NCBI GenBank assembly: GCA_002269645.1
Contig: NIVC01001399.1
Span: 124,001-188,000, forward strand
Reading direction: 5' to 3'
Length of the DNA: 64,000 nucleotides
Source: Macrostomum lignano
Taxonomy: Eukaryota
Part shown: positions 43,601 to 55,359 of the stretch, piece after piece
Layout: the number at the start of each line of letters is the position of its first letter
How positions within the stretch are numbered: position 1 is the first letter of the stretch
Position numbers and translations under genes: made by a program
The notes under the pieces: generated by a model
The model's input: the letters and a program-made list of their open reading frames with translations, nothing else
What the model was told of the DNA's origin: nothing
Databases searched by the model: none

Positions 43601-46331
43601 GATCTCTGAGTCTCATTCCTTGTCATTTTATTCTCACTCCAAGATCTCTGAGTTTCATTCCTTGTCATTTTATTCTCACACCGAGATCTCTGAGTCTCAT
43701 TCCGTCATTTTATTCTCACTCCGAGATCTCTGAGTCTCATTCCGTCATTTTATTCTCACTCCGAGATCTGTGAGTCTCATTCCGTCGTTTTATTCTCACA
43801 CCGAGATCTCTGAGTCTCACTCCTAGTTCTCTGAGTCTCATTCCTAGTTCTCTGAGTCTCACTCCTAGATCTCTGAGTCTCACTCCTAGTTCTCTGAGTC
43901 TCATTCCTAGATCTCTGAGTCTCACTCCTAGTTCTCTGAGTCTCACTCCTAGATCTCTGAGTCTCACTCCTAGTTCTCTGAGTCTCACTCCTAGATCTCT
44001 GAGTCTCACTCCTAGATCTCTGAGTCTCACTCCTAGTTCTCTGAGTCTCACTCCTAGATCTCTGAGTCTCACTCCTAGTTCTCTGAGTCTCACTCCTAGA
44101 TCTCTGAGTCTCACTCCTAGTTCTCTGAGTCTCACTCCTAGATCTCTGAGTCTCACTCCTAGTTCTCTGAGTCTCACTCCTAGTTCTCTGAGTCTCACTC
44201 CTAGATCTCTGAGTCTCACTCCTAGTTCTCTGAGTCTCACTCCTAGATCTCTGAGTCTCACTCCAAGATCTCTGAGTCTCACTCCTAGATCTCTGAGTCT
44301 CACTCCAAGATCTCTGAGTCTCATTCCTTGTCATTTTATTCTCACACCAAGATCTCTGAGTCTCATTCCGTCATTTTATTCTCACACCGAGATCTCTGAG
44401 TCTCACTCCTAGTTCTCTGAGTCTCACTCCTAGATCTCTGAGTCTCACTCCTAGATCCTAAGCTCGCCAATCTCACCGATAACTGTACATCAACACTCCG
44501 CATTCCCGCAGCTGTACAGCAGGAGCGCGGGCCTCGCAAATCTTTAACTCAGCCGCAGCAGCCGCAACAGCAGCAACAACAGCGGACAGCCGTCCTTCCA
44601 ATCCAGACTCCGTCATCAACAACGGTTTGGCCGTTCTTGTCGCTAACCTACAACCCACTGCCAGCACTGACTCCGGCTCCCATGCCGCAACAGCAACAGC
44701 AACAATGCGACGGCCTTCGACCAGCAACAACCAACGATCGCGATGAACTCGCCGCTCGGTTGCTGTTCCTGCTGTCTCGCTGGGCCGCGGCCATGCCAGC
44801 CTATCAGGGTCTGCCGCAGGCTGACAGAGCCGCGTTGGCCAAGTCCAGCTGGCGCAGCCTGTTCCTGCTGACCGCTGCCCACGCCCGACTGCCCGAGCTG
44901 ACGATCGCTGCTCAGGATGACGTCATCGCTGCCATTACTGAGGAGGAGGAGAAACGGGCGGCGCTGGCGACCGCGGAACTGCTGACTGAACTCGCTGCAG
45001 AGTTTGACGCCCTGCAAGTCCGACCGGGAGAGCTGGCCTGCCTGCAGGCACTCGCCCTGTTCAGGACTGGTGAGCCGGCTGCCCCTTCATCTCTCCCTTC
45101 ATCTCAACATTCATTTCTCTCTTTTTATTTGTACATCCGTCTCCCTCCCTTCATATCTCTCTTCATCTCTCCCTTCGTCTCTCTCCGTCCACATCTCCCT
45201 TCTTACTCCCTCTCACATCTCACATCCGTCCACATCTCTCTCCCTTTATCTCTCTCCCTTTATCTCTCTTCCTTCATCTCTCTCCCTTCATCTCTCTCCC
45301 TTCATCTCTCTCCCTTCATCTCTCCCTTCATCTCTCTCCCTTCATCTCTCTCCCTTCATCTCTCTCCCTTCATCTCTCTCCCTTCATCTCTCTCCCTTCA
45401 TCTCTCTCCCTTCATCTCTCTCCCTTCATCTCTCTCCCTTCATCTCTCTCCCTTCATATCTCCCTTCATATCTCCCTTCAAATCTCCGTTCAACTCACTT
45501 CATCTCTCTCCCTTCATCTTTCTCCCTTCATCTCTCTCCCTTCGTCTCTCTGCCTTCATATCTCCCTTCATCTCTCTTCCTTCATGTTTCCCTTCTTCTC
45601 TCTCCTTTTATCTTCTCTAAATTTATCTCACTCTATTCATATCTCCCTTCATCTCTCTCCCTTCAACTCTCTGTTTACCTCTCTCCCTCCATCTCGCTGC
45701 CTTTATCTCTTTCCTCCTTTTCGTCCATTCATCTCTCAGTTCACCCTCCCTTCGTATATCTGTCTAATTAATGTGTCTGCTTAACTTAGTATAGATTTCT
45801 CACTTTCAGTCATCTTTAATCTCACCTTTCATCTCTTCCTTCATCTGCCTTTTCATCTTTTTTTCAATATCAATTTGTATTCATGAAAATTTTCTGATAA
45901 AAACTGAAAAACTAAGTGATGACTTATTAATTCGTCGAAATTTCATAATGTATTTCAAACTGTGTTTTATAATTTTAAGAAACTGTCCCAGGTACACTAC
46001 TGCCAAATCTGTCGGCAGTAGCAAGTAAAACATTTTTCTTTATCTCGTTAAAAATTCTACAGTTCGATCGCCATCGTCGGCAGCTTCGGCCCAGACCATA
46101 GCCGACCTGAGGGACCGGATGTTGACCGCCTTGAACTCTGAGGTCCTGAGCTCGATGCCCGCTGCCCAGCAGGCGACAAGCTTCAATCACAATCGTTTCG
46201 GCCGCCTGCTGTTGCTGCTTCAAGCTGCTTCAGCCGTGTCGCCTGTCGGCCTGCACACTGTTTTCTTTCGCCAATTGGACAGCCCGACAGCTCTGGACAG
46301 CCTGGTGGTGGACATGTTCCTGGGCGTCTGA
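40663..46331 (+). CDS. tll: Tailless/TLX nuclear receptor (NR2E1-like). Exons 40663-40762, 41561-41642, 42127-42335, 44512-45069, 46063-46331
   Basis: [39 protein letters not shown]...[24 protein letters not shown]; LBD LAARLLF...[13 protein letters not shown]...LVVDMF; all junctions in phase. Confidence 0.93.
40817..41480. repeat. 21/23-bp minisatellite (CAGATTAGAGCCCTACTGACTCA)n
   Basis: Visible; TLX intron 1. Confidence 0.95.
41650..42090. repeat. ~48-bp minisatellite (TCAGTCTGACCTTCTTTCTCTCTCTCCCAATGTACTTTAAATCCTCGG)n
   Basis: Visible; fills TLX intron 2. Confidence 0.9.
42465..42755. repeat. 31-bp minisatellite (CACACCTGTGCATAACAGGGAATTCAGCATT)n
   Basis: Visible; TLX intron 3. Confidence 0.93.
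43445..44458. repeat. 21-bp (and longer variant) minisatellite (TCTCTGAGTCTCACTCCTAGA)n
   Basis: Visible; TLX intron 3. Confidence 0.95.
45080..45760. repeat. Pyrimidine-rich (CATCTCTCTCCCTT)n tract
   Basis: Visible; TLX intron 4. Confidence 0.9.
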
Positions 46332-46454
46332 CCGGCTGCCCCGGGCTGCCTCGCAAATGAAACTTCTTTTTGTAGTTGTTGCTAACTGCTTTACTGCTGA
46401 ATTACAATTCTGTTGGCTTTTTGTTTCTAAGGACACCGTTAGATTCCTGGCCTC

Positions 46455-46600
46455 TACCCCTCTCTCCGCCCTCTACCCCTCTCTCCGCCCTCTACCCATC
46501 TCTCCGCCCTCTACCCCTCTCTCCGCCCTCTACCCCTCTCTCCGCCCTCTACCCCTCTCTCCGCCCTCTACCCCTCTCTCTACGATCTACCCCTCTCTCC
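46455..46600. repeat. 19-bp repeat (TCTCCGCCCTCTACCCCTC)n
   Basis: Visible. Confidence 0.85.
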
Positions 46601-46997
46601 GCTCTAACCGTATATCCTTACTCCAACTATTCTGCCTCTTCACTGTCCCTTCCCGCAGGTAAAAATTAAGCCATGCCGACAGATTTATAAATTTCCATGC
46701 TCAATGACCAACACAACATCAACATTCCTACAGAGTAGAATCTGTAGAATGAAGCCACTACTTATCTGAAATTACAGGATTTGTTTTAGAAATCAGTGCC
46801 GATCGTAGTTGGCTATTTAGCTGATGTTTTTTACTAGTAGTAGGAGTCGTTCGTTTGCCTATAAATCTGGTTTAATTGCACAAAAATTTATCAAATAAAT
46901 CTGCGAAACTCGCTGGTCTGCGTCACCGAAAATTGCGTTTAAAGTTTGGCAAGGGGAAATTAATTAGAAATTTAGTTGAGGCAAACAAAGAAATGAA

Positions 46998-47310
46998 TGG
47001 GGAATGGGGAATGGGAATGAGGAATGAGGAATGGGGAATTGAGGAATTGGGAATTGGGGAATTGGGAATCGGGGAATAGGGAATGGGGGATTGGGGAATG
47101 TGGGATGGGGAATGGGGAATCGGGAATCGGGAATCGGTGGATAGGGATTGGGGGATGGGGAATGGGGAATGGGGAATGGGGAATCGGTGGATAGGGAATG
47201 GAGAATGGGGAGTGGGGAATGGGCGAATGGGGAATAGGGGAATGGGAAATGGGGAATGGGGAATAGAGAATGGGGAATCAGTGGATGGGGAATGAGGAAT
47301 GGGGACTGGG
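46998..47310. repeat. G-rich (GGGAAT/GGGGAAT)n simple repeat
   Basis: Visible; many GGG runs. Confidence 0.9.
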
Positions 47311-48315
47311 TCTTATTGAAAAATCTAGAATCATGGATTGCTCAATTCAATTAAAAAATTACAAAAACATTGTCATGAAGCCTTTCATGATGCCGTGAAA
47401 TGAAAATAAAAATTTAGTATGCAAGACAATCCCAGATCGCAAAAGTATACATCCTCACTAATCGCGTTAATCCCCAGTTGCTGGGCGTCGTTAGGGGCAG
47501 CCCAGTTTTTTTTTCACAAACCGTACGTACTCGCGGAATTTTGAATGCAGCTATTCACTTTCTACTCAGCTAGCTGTCATTGAACTGCAGGTCGTCAGAG
47601 AGATAGCAAGATTACAGGAGGTTTAGCAAGGCGGAATGGGCTTCCTTGCATATCGCCATACAAATGTAGTTTGAGTTAGAGCAGCTGACGGAAGGTTTTG
47701 CATCAGCATTGAAGCTTGAACAGTAGCCCCCGAGTCTGTCCCAGGTAGGAAGAAACTGCTACAGTTGATGCGGTGTAGTACCTCCCCACTACCGCTTCAC
47801 CCGTTGTTTCAGCCAGGGACAATGGAGGGATGAAGAGCGAGAGAGAGAGAGAGACTGGCAGCGAGGTCTCAGGCCGCGGCATGAATGCCATTGTACACGC
47901 GCTTGTAGTTAGAGAGAGCGAGAGACGAGACGAGACGAGATGAAACGAATTTTATTGGATTAGCTCTGAAACAATATCTGGGATTAGTTGTACGCGCACT
48001 ACAAGTACAAGGGCACTCAGCAACCTGCTGGCAGCTCTCTGAAGGGTAGGCGATGAGGGAGAAAATAGACAGGGATGCGGACTGAGGGCAGAGAGGGGAG
48101 AGAGACGTAGGGAATCGGTAGAACAATGGTTGGAGTGGATAGAACGTTCAAAACTTTTCTGTCCCTAATTCTCTCTCGTCTCAAAACTGCATTTAAATGG
48201 CATTTTCTCCTCAGGGCCCTGACTACACTGTGCTTGTTCTGCCGCATACCAGCCGAGATAAAACAATACACGGCTGTAGTGTTTGTCTGTCCTGCGCAAT
48301 CGAAGTTGATGCGAC

Positions 48316-50699
48316 ATGGCAGAGAATGAAACGGACTCTGGAGAACTGCTGACTGACTCGCCGATAGCGTTGCTTGGCGACAGCGAAGGCGCCAGCACAG
48401 CCGTTGTAGCCATTCGAACCGGCGTCCTGTCGCTCATACTTCTCGTTTCATTTGCCGGAAACAGCCTGGTGTTGGCCACCCTGATCTATAGTCGAACCCT
48501 GCGACGTCGTTCGGCGAATCGGTTGCTTAGCAACGCATGCGTAGCCAATCTGTTCGACTTGCTGTGCAACTGCACCGTCGCGATTGGAGCGTCCGTGTCA
48601 GCGACCATGTCTCGGCAGCGTCAGGCGCCCTGGTCGCAGGCGGCCTGTCAGTTCACGGCGTTCACGCTGCTGTTTGGCGACAACCTGCCGCTGTTCTGCC
48701 TGCTGTGTCTCGCCAGCGACCGTCTGTGGGCCGTGGCGGACCCCGATAGCCACCGGAGACGGTGCCGCGTCGCTGCCGTCTCCCTAGCTGGGGCCGCCGT
48801 GTGGCTGGCAGCTCTAGCGATCAGCCTGCCGGCCTGGGCATCGTCCAGCTCGGTGCCGGCTGCCTTCTACCCCGGCAGGCTGACCTGCAGCCCCGCGCCG
48901 GGAACGGCTCTGGCCTACGCAGCCGCAGTTCTTTGCCTCGGCTTCATCTTGCCAGTGCTCAGCATCGCTCTTGTCCTGCTCTTCTCGCTCCGACTTGTCG
49001 TTAACTCGTCAACTAATTCCTCGTCGTTTTCTGGGACGTCGAACTCAACAACTTCAGCGTCGCATCTGGCTCTGGCATCGGCGTCTGGCGTGTCGGCGGC
49101 GTCCTCCGGGATTGGCGTTGCTTCCTCGACGACGTCTGCGGCTACTGCAGCTGGCGGTATTGCTGCACCGGGGATGACTAATGGAACTTCAAATGGGTCT
49201 GGTCGGATCCCTGAGGTAATCACGGGTTTGAACTGTGCTGTGTTATAAGCCTGTCTAATAAGATACTGAGAAGCATTTAGTTTTTTTGAAGGGGGCTCTG
49301 GGCACAGCCTTAAATCAAGGACGAGGCATCAATCCGACGTTGTTATATGACGTCGTTATCCGTCGATGTAATATAAAAGTACATATTTGTCAGCTACGTC
49401 GGATTGCTGTGCGGGCAGCGAGGAGGCAAGCAGCCATGCCCGTTCTCACTGACCCCTGTGCACGAGCAAGCACTGCCATGATGCCCATTGATTTTCCATT
49501 TCCAGCATGGCCCAAGCCGTACACGTAACCTTATAACCAATTTTCTCCTCAACCTTCAGATGCGACGCCATCAGAGACTAAGCCGCCAGAACTCCTTGAT
49601 CTCGTCGACAACTGGGCCGCTAACTGCGCAGACTGGCTGGTTGACGGCCGCCTGGCTTCTCCTAGTTGGTCCCTACATCGTTTTAATTTCAGCAGACCGA
49701 GTCAAAGTGGCCTCGTCCGCCACCACCGTGCCTGTAGTCCCCGCTACTAGTGGCAACGCACCGGTAGCCGACTCAACCCTGGCCGAAGCGTTAGAGACCG
49801 CATTTTTAACACTGCGGTTCACCTACGGCCCGGCCGTGCCAGCACTAGTGCTGCTGCTGCGGCCCGATGTTCGACGAAAACTTGTCGGAATGATCAACGC
49901 GGTGTTCCGATCTAGCGGCTCTAACAACGGAGCCGTCTGTAACGGCGGCAAGGCAGCCGCAGTGAACAGCAGTAGAGGTGACCAGCAGCAGAAGCCTCAA
50001 CCTAGCCAGCAGCAGCGTCAGAGGCAGCCGAACAATCCAGCTGCCAGCGCGTCTTCTGCTTCGGCAAGTCAAGCTAGAAATTCGCAGGAAGCCAATATCA
50101 ATCCGCAGGCACGCAAAGCCAAGCTGTTGACATTGGCGCCCGTGCTGTTCGCCACAAAGGACGGCTTGCACCAGCAGTTGGCCAACAGTCCGCAACCGGT
50201 TCGCTGCGATGTAGCCATTGAAGATGCCAACAAACAGCAGCAGCAGCAGCAGCAGAGAAAAGCAGTTCGGTTTGCTCGTCAGTTGGACCCTCTTCCGCCG
50301 CCGGCTGCTCAGCAGCAACAGCAGCAGCCCCAGCCGAAAAGACATCATAGACGACGTCGGGAAGAACGACGTGCTGCTGCTGCCGCCGCCGCCGCCGCCG
50401 CCGCTGCTGCAGCCAAGCAGACGTCGAAGCAACCGCCGCCGCAGCTGCCGCCTTCGATGCTTCAACTTCGCAGACCCCAAACAGCCGCTTCTACCAGTGG
50501 CAGAGCAGCTGGAGCAGCTGCAACCGCTAACTCAGCACCGAACGGTGCTGCTACTGAAGCACCTTCAACTTCTGGCGCAAGACGAACCAAGTCGGCTGTA
50601 CGAAAGTTGAGACAGAACTCCGTGGAGCCACCGCCTCAGCCGCCGCAGCCAGCTCCGCAGCTGCAACAACAGCAACAAGCTAACACTTCTCAAGCTTAA
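48316..50699 (+). CDS. Orphan class A (rhodopsin-like) GPCR; exons 48316-49215 and 49560-50699
   Basis: N-terminal NET sequon, TM1 GNSLVL, TM2 VANL, TM3 C...LASDRLWAV, TM4 VW, ECL2 Cys, TM5 FILP, TM6 GPY; phase-0 intron GAG|GTAATC...TTCAG|ATG in ICL3; long Q/A-rich tail. Confidence 0.85.
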
Positions 50700-51625
50700 A
50701 CAATCGATTATTGTAATTCTATTGTATTTCGCTTTTCACGACTCACGATCGAGTGAAACTTTTTTCTAATCCCGTTTATTGTTCACTTTTGTTAATTGAA
50801 GGCGGATTCTCTCTAGACGAGCCGGTCCTTTTTTAATCACGCACTTGGCCTCCTCGGCGGGAAAGATGCAGGTGTAAAAAACCACGAGCTAGTGGCGTGA
50901 TTACCAAATGACCTTGAGAGAACTGTCACTACGTCAGCACCCCAACCCACCCCAGTGTGCCACAAACGTATTGAAAAGTCACACATTGGAATATATACAT
51001 ACATGCGTACATTTAGTAGGACCCCAAAATGGGGGTTGGTGCACGGGCGATGTGACTTGTTAGAATGTACAGTCAAGAAATTAGATAAGAAATACTTGTT
51101 TTTCTAAAATACTATGTAAATCTGTTTTAAATATTTTATTTTTCACTTAGATGTGAAATGGGCATGTATATTGCTACCATAGATATTGATAAATTTATAA
51201 CATAGTTTTGAACAATATACTAACAAGACAAGGTTTGGTTTTTGCATTTTTACTCTCAAGTACTTACTAAACTATACGATTTAATATTCAGATAGTTCAC
51301 TGTTGTTTCCAAGTTCAATTTGACTGCATTAAAACAAATAACGATAAATGCTGAATTATTTTTTCTAAAAACAATTGTAATTTGTATCTTATGTCGATCT
51401 TACATGCTGCTGTTATCAGATTGAATCTCTCGTGTCAAATACACTCAGCAACAGTCAAAACCGCCACCCTACCGAGAGAGGCGACTTCTCTCTCACCTCA
51501 ACTGCAAGTGACGTAACTTGCGCCACGGCGTGGCTAAAGCTGGGTGTGAGTGAATGAGTGAATTCCAGGGTGAGGGTACAAAAGGGACTGGGGTTGATGT
51601 TGGGGGTGCAACAGTACACGTGACA

Positions 51626-51742
51626 ATGGTCAGGCATATGACAGACGCTGAACGATGGCGCGCTGTAGGCATGCTAGAAGCTGGTGCATCCATCAGCGCT
51701 GTTGCTCGCCGATTTGGCCGATCAAGTTCAACAATTTCAACA
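51626..51742 (+). mobile_element. Tc1/mariner transposase N-terminal HTH fragment
   Basis: MVRHMTDAERWRAVGMLEAGASISAVARRFGRSSSTIS resembles the Tc1-family paired-like HTH; no catalytic domain follows. Confidence 0.7.
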
Positions 51743-52282
51743 GGCATGCACAACGGGGGCCGATTTCATAAAAAAGCTACAAGTGACAAGTGTCAAGCGT
51801 CAACGATTTTGGTTTCATAAACATAGGTCCTTACTCGTGTTAAAAATACCTCAATTTTATGTCTATGGTTGAGACACAAAATGAAATTGATCCAGCCTTT
51901 AGACCACAGACCACAATTTTAGGATCTGTATTTTAGACAGACTTGTTTTAAAAACGGCCTCTACGTTCTTCTTGGACTTCAATACACTTTAATGAGCCTT
52001 TGGGGGTTGGCCACGGGGGTGGCACAAGGATTCATGGCACTACAGTTGACAGACTTGGGGCTGACCCCTGCCCCCGGAAAAGTAAAGTTTGCAGCTAAAA
52101 AGCCTACAATAGCTAAATTATACAACTGCATCCATAAAACTACCAAAATTACCAAGTAAGTGTTACTATAAGCCATGACTTCATAAGATGATAAAAACTA
52201 TAGATATTTTGCTCAGATTGAAAACAGTGTATCAAAATGCTAAATTCTGGAAAAAGGAAATTTTTAAGTTTGCACTGATCGA

Positions 52283-52520
52283 GTGCTAAAATGAGTGCCT
52301 GTGGCGCTAAAATGAGTGCCTGCGGCGCCAAAATGAGTGCCTGCAGCGCTAAAATGAGTGCCTGCGGGGCGCTTAAATGAGTGTCTGCAGCGCTAAAATG
52401 AGTGCCTGCGGCGCTAAAATGAGTGCCTGCGGCGCTAAAATGAGTACCTGCGGCGCTAAAATGAGTGCCTGTGGCGCTAAAATGAGTGCCTGCGGCGCCA
52501 AAATGAGTACCTGCGGATCC
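52283..52520 (-). repeat. 21-bp minisatellite, same unit as 57381-59300 in reverse orientation
   Basis: GCGCTAAAATGAGTGCCTGCG is the reverse complement of CGCAGGCACTCATTTTAGCGC. Confidence 0.9.
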
Positions 52521-52883
52521 AAAATAAGTACACTTTAAAAGTTCTATACAAATACTTACCTTCTTAGAAATTCTGAAATCAGAGCTCGTGCTCAAGCACT
52601 CTTGTACTTTCATCTATCTGCCTGGCAGTTGGGATTGTTTGTTTACTATGAAATTCCTCTCTACTAACAATTAATCCATCAGTCCTCTGCTGCTGTCAGA
52701 GAGTTTGTCTATTCATTGTCAGGATTTTATGTTTGCATTTGTTTTATCACGGTTTCTTGAATGCTTTGTTGAATACTTGGCTTTGCAAAATATGCGCAAT
52801 CTACTACTAAAGTTTACTTTACAACTTTCTCAGTAGAACATTGCGCTTGAGATACGCTGCAATATCGAAAACGCACAGATGAG

Positions 52884-53440
52884 AGGCGCCAATATCAATG
52901 GCGCCAAGATAAAAGGCACCAAGATAAAGGGCGCCAAGATAAAAGGCGCCAAGATAAAGGGCGCCAAGATAAAAGGCGCCAAGATAAAGGGCGCCAAGAT
53001 AATAGGCGCCAAGATAAAAGGCGCCAAGATAATGGGCGCCAAGATAAAAGGCGCCAAGATAAAGGGCGCCAAGATAAAAGGCGCCAAGATAAAGGGCGCC
53101 AAGATAATGGGCGCCAAGATAAAAGGCGCCAAGATAATGGGCGCCAAGATAAAAGGCGCCAAGATAAAGGGCGCCAAGATAAAAGGCGCCAAGATAATGG
53201 GCGCCAAGATGAAGGGAGCCAAGATGAAGGGCGCCAAGATAAAAGGCGCCAAGATAAAGGGCGCCAAGATAAAAGGCTTCAAGATAATGGGCGCCAAAAT
53301 AAAAGGCGCCAAAATAATGAGCGCCAAGATGAAGGGCGCCAAGATAAAGGGAGCCAAGATGAAGGGCGCCAAGATAAAAGGAGCCAAGATAATGGGCGCC
53401 AAGATGAAGGGCGCCAAGATGAGTGGCGCTAAGATGAGTG
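52884..53440. repeat. 15-bp minisatellite (GGCGCCAAGATAAAA)n
   Basis: Visible. Confidence 0.95.
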
Positions 53441-53819
53441 GCAGAAGATAATTGGCAATAAAGAATTAAAATGCAGCAATGAAGTCAAACTGATAAAACA
53501 TGAAAATATTTATAAATTTTCTTAAACCATTTTTACACATGTACTTACCGGATGCAGTAAAATATTTACGGAATTAATTAAAAATCTTCACTTTTTCACA
53601 GAAGCAACAGAATTAACTATTGACAGGTAACTGATTTTTGTCGTTTTTTGGCTCATCAGTTTTCTTATTTTTTAAATTAGGCAAAAATAATTTGCAATTT
53701 ATTGTCATAAAAAGCGCATAAAATATGGTTTAAATCGAAATACACATAAACATTATTTTTACTTTTGTTTGGAGCACAAAACAACAACTTAGATACAATC
53801 CATTATTTCAGACAGACTC

Positions 53820-54016
53820 GCACCTGCCTGATGTACACATCCTCAATCATCACACCTGCCTGATGTACACATCCTCAATCATCACACCTGCCTGATGTAC
53901 ACATCCTCAATCATCACACCTGCCTGATGTACACATCCTCAATCATCACACCTGCCTGATGTACACATCCTCAATCATCACACCTGCCTGATGTACACAT
54001 CCTCAATCATCACACC
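53820..54016. repeat. 32-bp minisatellite (CACCTGCCTGATGTACACATCCTCAATCATCA)n
   Basis: About 6 exact units. Confidence 0.93.
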
Positions 54017-54034
54017 CACCCCACAGAATGTCAG

Positions 54035-54997
54035 TCAGACCAGCTGCAGCATCCGCAGCCGCCTGCACACGGAGCAGTTGTCGCTGTAGGCAGACGACCT
54101 CAATTCGCTCCTCACGACTCCGCTGCCAGATCGACGCGACAGGCGGCACTGGCAGGAGTCCGGGCTGATCTGCACAATTCCGCCACCGCTGCCGCCGCCT
54201 CCCAGCGACCAGCCCTGGCGCGACAGCGGACGCAGCTCCGCTGGCAACGGCATGATCGACCTCGTGATTGGCAGGAAATTGTTGTCAGAATTAACGACAT
54301 TGCCAGGCGGCGGCGCGGACGCTGAACGGATCAGGCAGTTGCCGGTGTACAGGCGGCACAGGCGAGTCCGGGTCTTCGGTATGAACAGGCTGAGCTCGGG
54401 TGGGAGAGGACGCGGCTCGGAGTTCTTCTGCCGGTGCTTGGCGACCTCGGCTAACAGGTGCTCCTGGTACAGCTGGTTTGCTGACTTCTGGTGCCGGGGC
54501 GGTACGACGCTGGCTGAAGACCGCGGCCTCGGGTACACCTGCCGCTGCTTCTGTCGGAGCGGCTTCTTCACGCGACGTTTCGACGGGTCCCGCTGGGCCA
54601 TCTGGTCAAACAGGTCGTCCAACTCGACGACGTCTTCGTCTGGATCGTCGAGACGCCACAGTTCGGCGATCAGAGCTTCGGATTCGCTGGCTTCCGCCGC
54701 TGCCGCCGCTGCTGCCGCCGCCGCTGCCGCCGACTCGTTGCGTCGCTTGGCCGATCGCTGAAACCGCACGGGGAATCTGCCGCTCTGCGGACGAGCCGCC
54801 AGCGACGCCGGCGCAGCCCCGACGCCGTTGACCTTGGCCGAGGCGCTGCCGCCCCAGCAGAGGTCGTCCGAGGTCAAGGGCGGTTGGCGCTTGTAGTGGG
54901 GCGGCTGCTGCTTGCTGGAGCGAGGGCGAAACGTGGTGTGCAGATTGTTCCAGTTCACCTTGGAGGGGTTCGCTGCACCGACGGTGCCGCTGGCTGC
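54035..54997 (-). CDS. Probable coding exon of an unidentified gene
   Basis: About 320 stop-free codons in non-repetitive GC-rich DNA with a poly-Ala tract like neighbouring genes; CTGCAG acceptor at its 5' end. No family recognised. Confidence 0.55.
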   Translation of the reverse strand, partial: AASGTVGAANPSKVNWNNLHTTFRPRSSKQQPPHYKRQPPLTSDDLCWGGSASAKVNGVGAAPASLAARPQSGRFPVRFQRSAKRRNESAAAAAAAAAAAAEASESEALIAELWRLDDPDEDVVELDDLFDQMAQRDPSKRRVKKPLRQKQRQVYPRPRSSASVVPPRHQKSANQLYQEHLLAEVAKHRQKNSEPRPLPPELSLFIPKTRTRLCRLYTGNCLIRSASAPPPGNVVNSDNNFLPITRSIMPLPAELRPLSRQGWSLGGGGSGGGIVQISPDSCQCRLSRRSGSGVVRSELRSSAYSDNCSVCRRLRMLQLV

Positions 54998-55046
54998 AGG
55001 TGAATTCAAGTATATTGAAATTAATAATAATACATGATAAATATTG

Positions 55047-55321
55047 AGTACACCTGTCCTAATTGGGCCAGATGTGCAACCGAAAGCTCAGCCGCAGCTA
55101 TTGCGCGGCGCATCTGAAGCCTGCGTACGGCTGTTCAGTGCCATGACACACACCCTCAATTACCCCAGCTAATGCTGGCACCCATTTTACAGTTAGGTGA
55201 ACTGAAGCAATGCAGAGTTAAGTGTCTTGCTCAAGGACACAAATTGTACCAGTGGAATCGAGAGTCACACCCCTAACCTTCGAGTCGTGAGTTCGACGCT
55301 CTGACCACTAGGCTGCAACCC
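55047..55321 (-). mobile_element. SINE copy 5 (near full length)
   Basis: Same head, core and tail as other copies. Confidence 0.85.
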
Positions 55322-55359
55322 TTTAAGATTAAGTTTGGGTTAGAAATTTGGTTCATGCA

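Noticed and set aside
43737-44334. RLRDLGV / RSETQRS repeat ORFs on the minus strand
   Set aside because: Translation of a 21-bp intronic minisatellite antisense to TLX.
46998-47310. Telomeric repeat
   Set aside because: Unit is GGGAAT/GGGGAAT, irregular and interstitial, not (TTAGGG)n.
52830-53451. GAKIK pentapeptide-repeat-like ORF
   Set aside because: Superficially like A(D/N)Lxx pentapeptide proteins but is a 15-bp DNA repeat open on both strands with no flanking domain.
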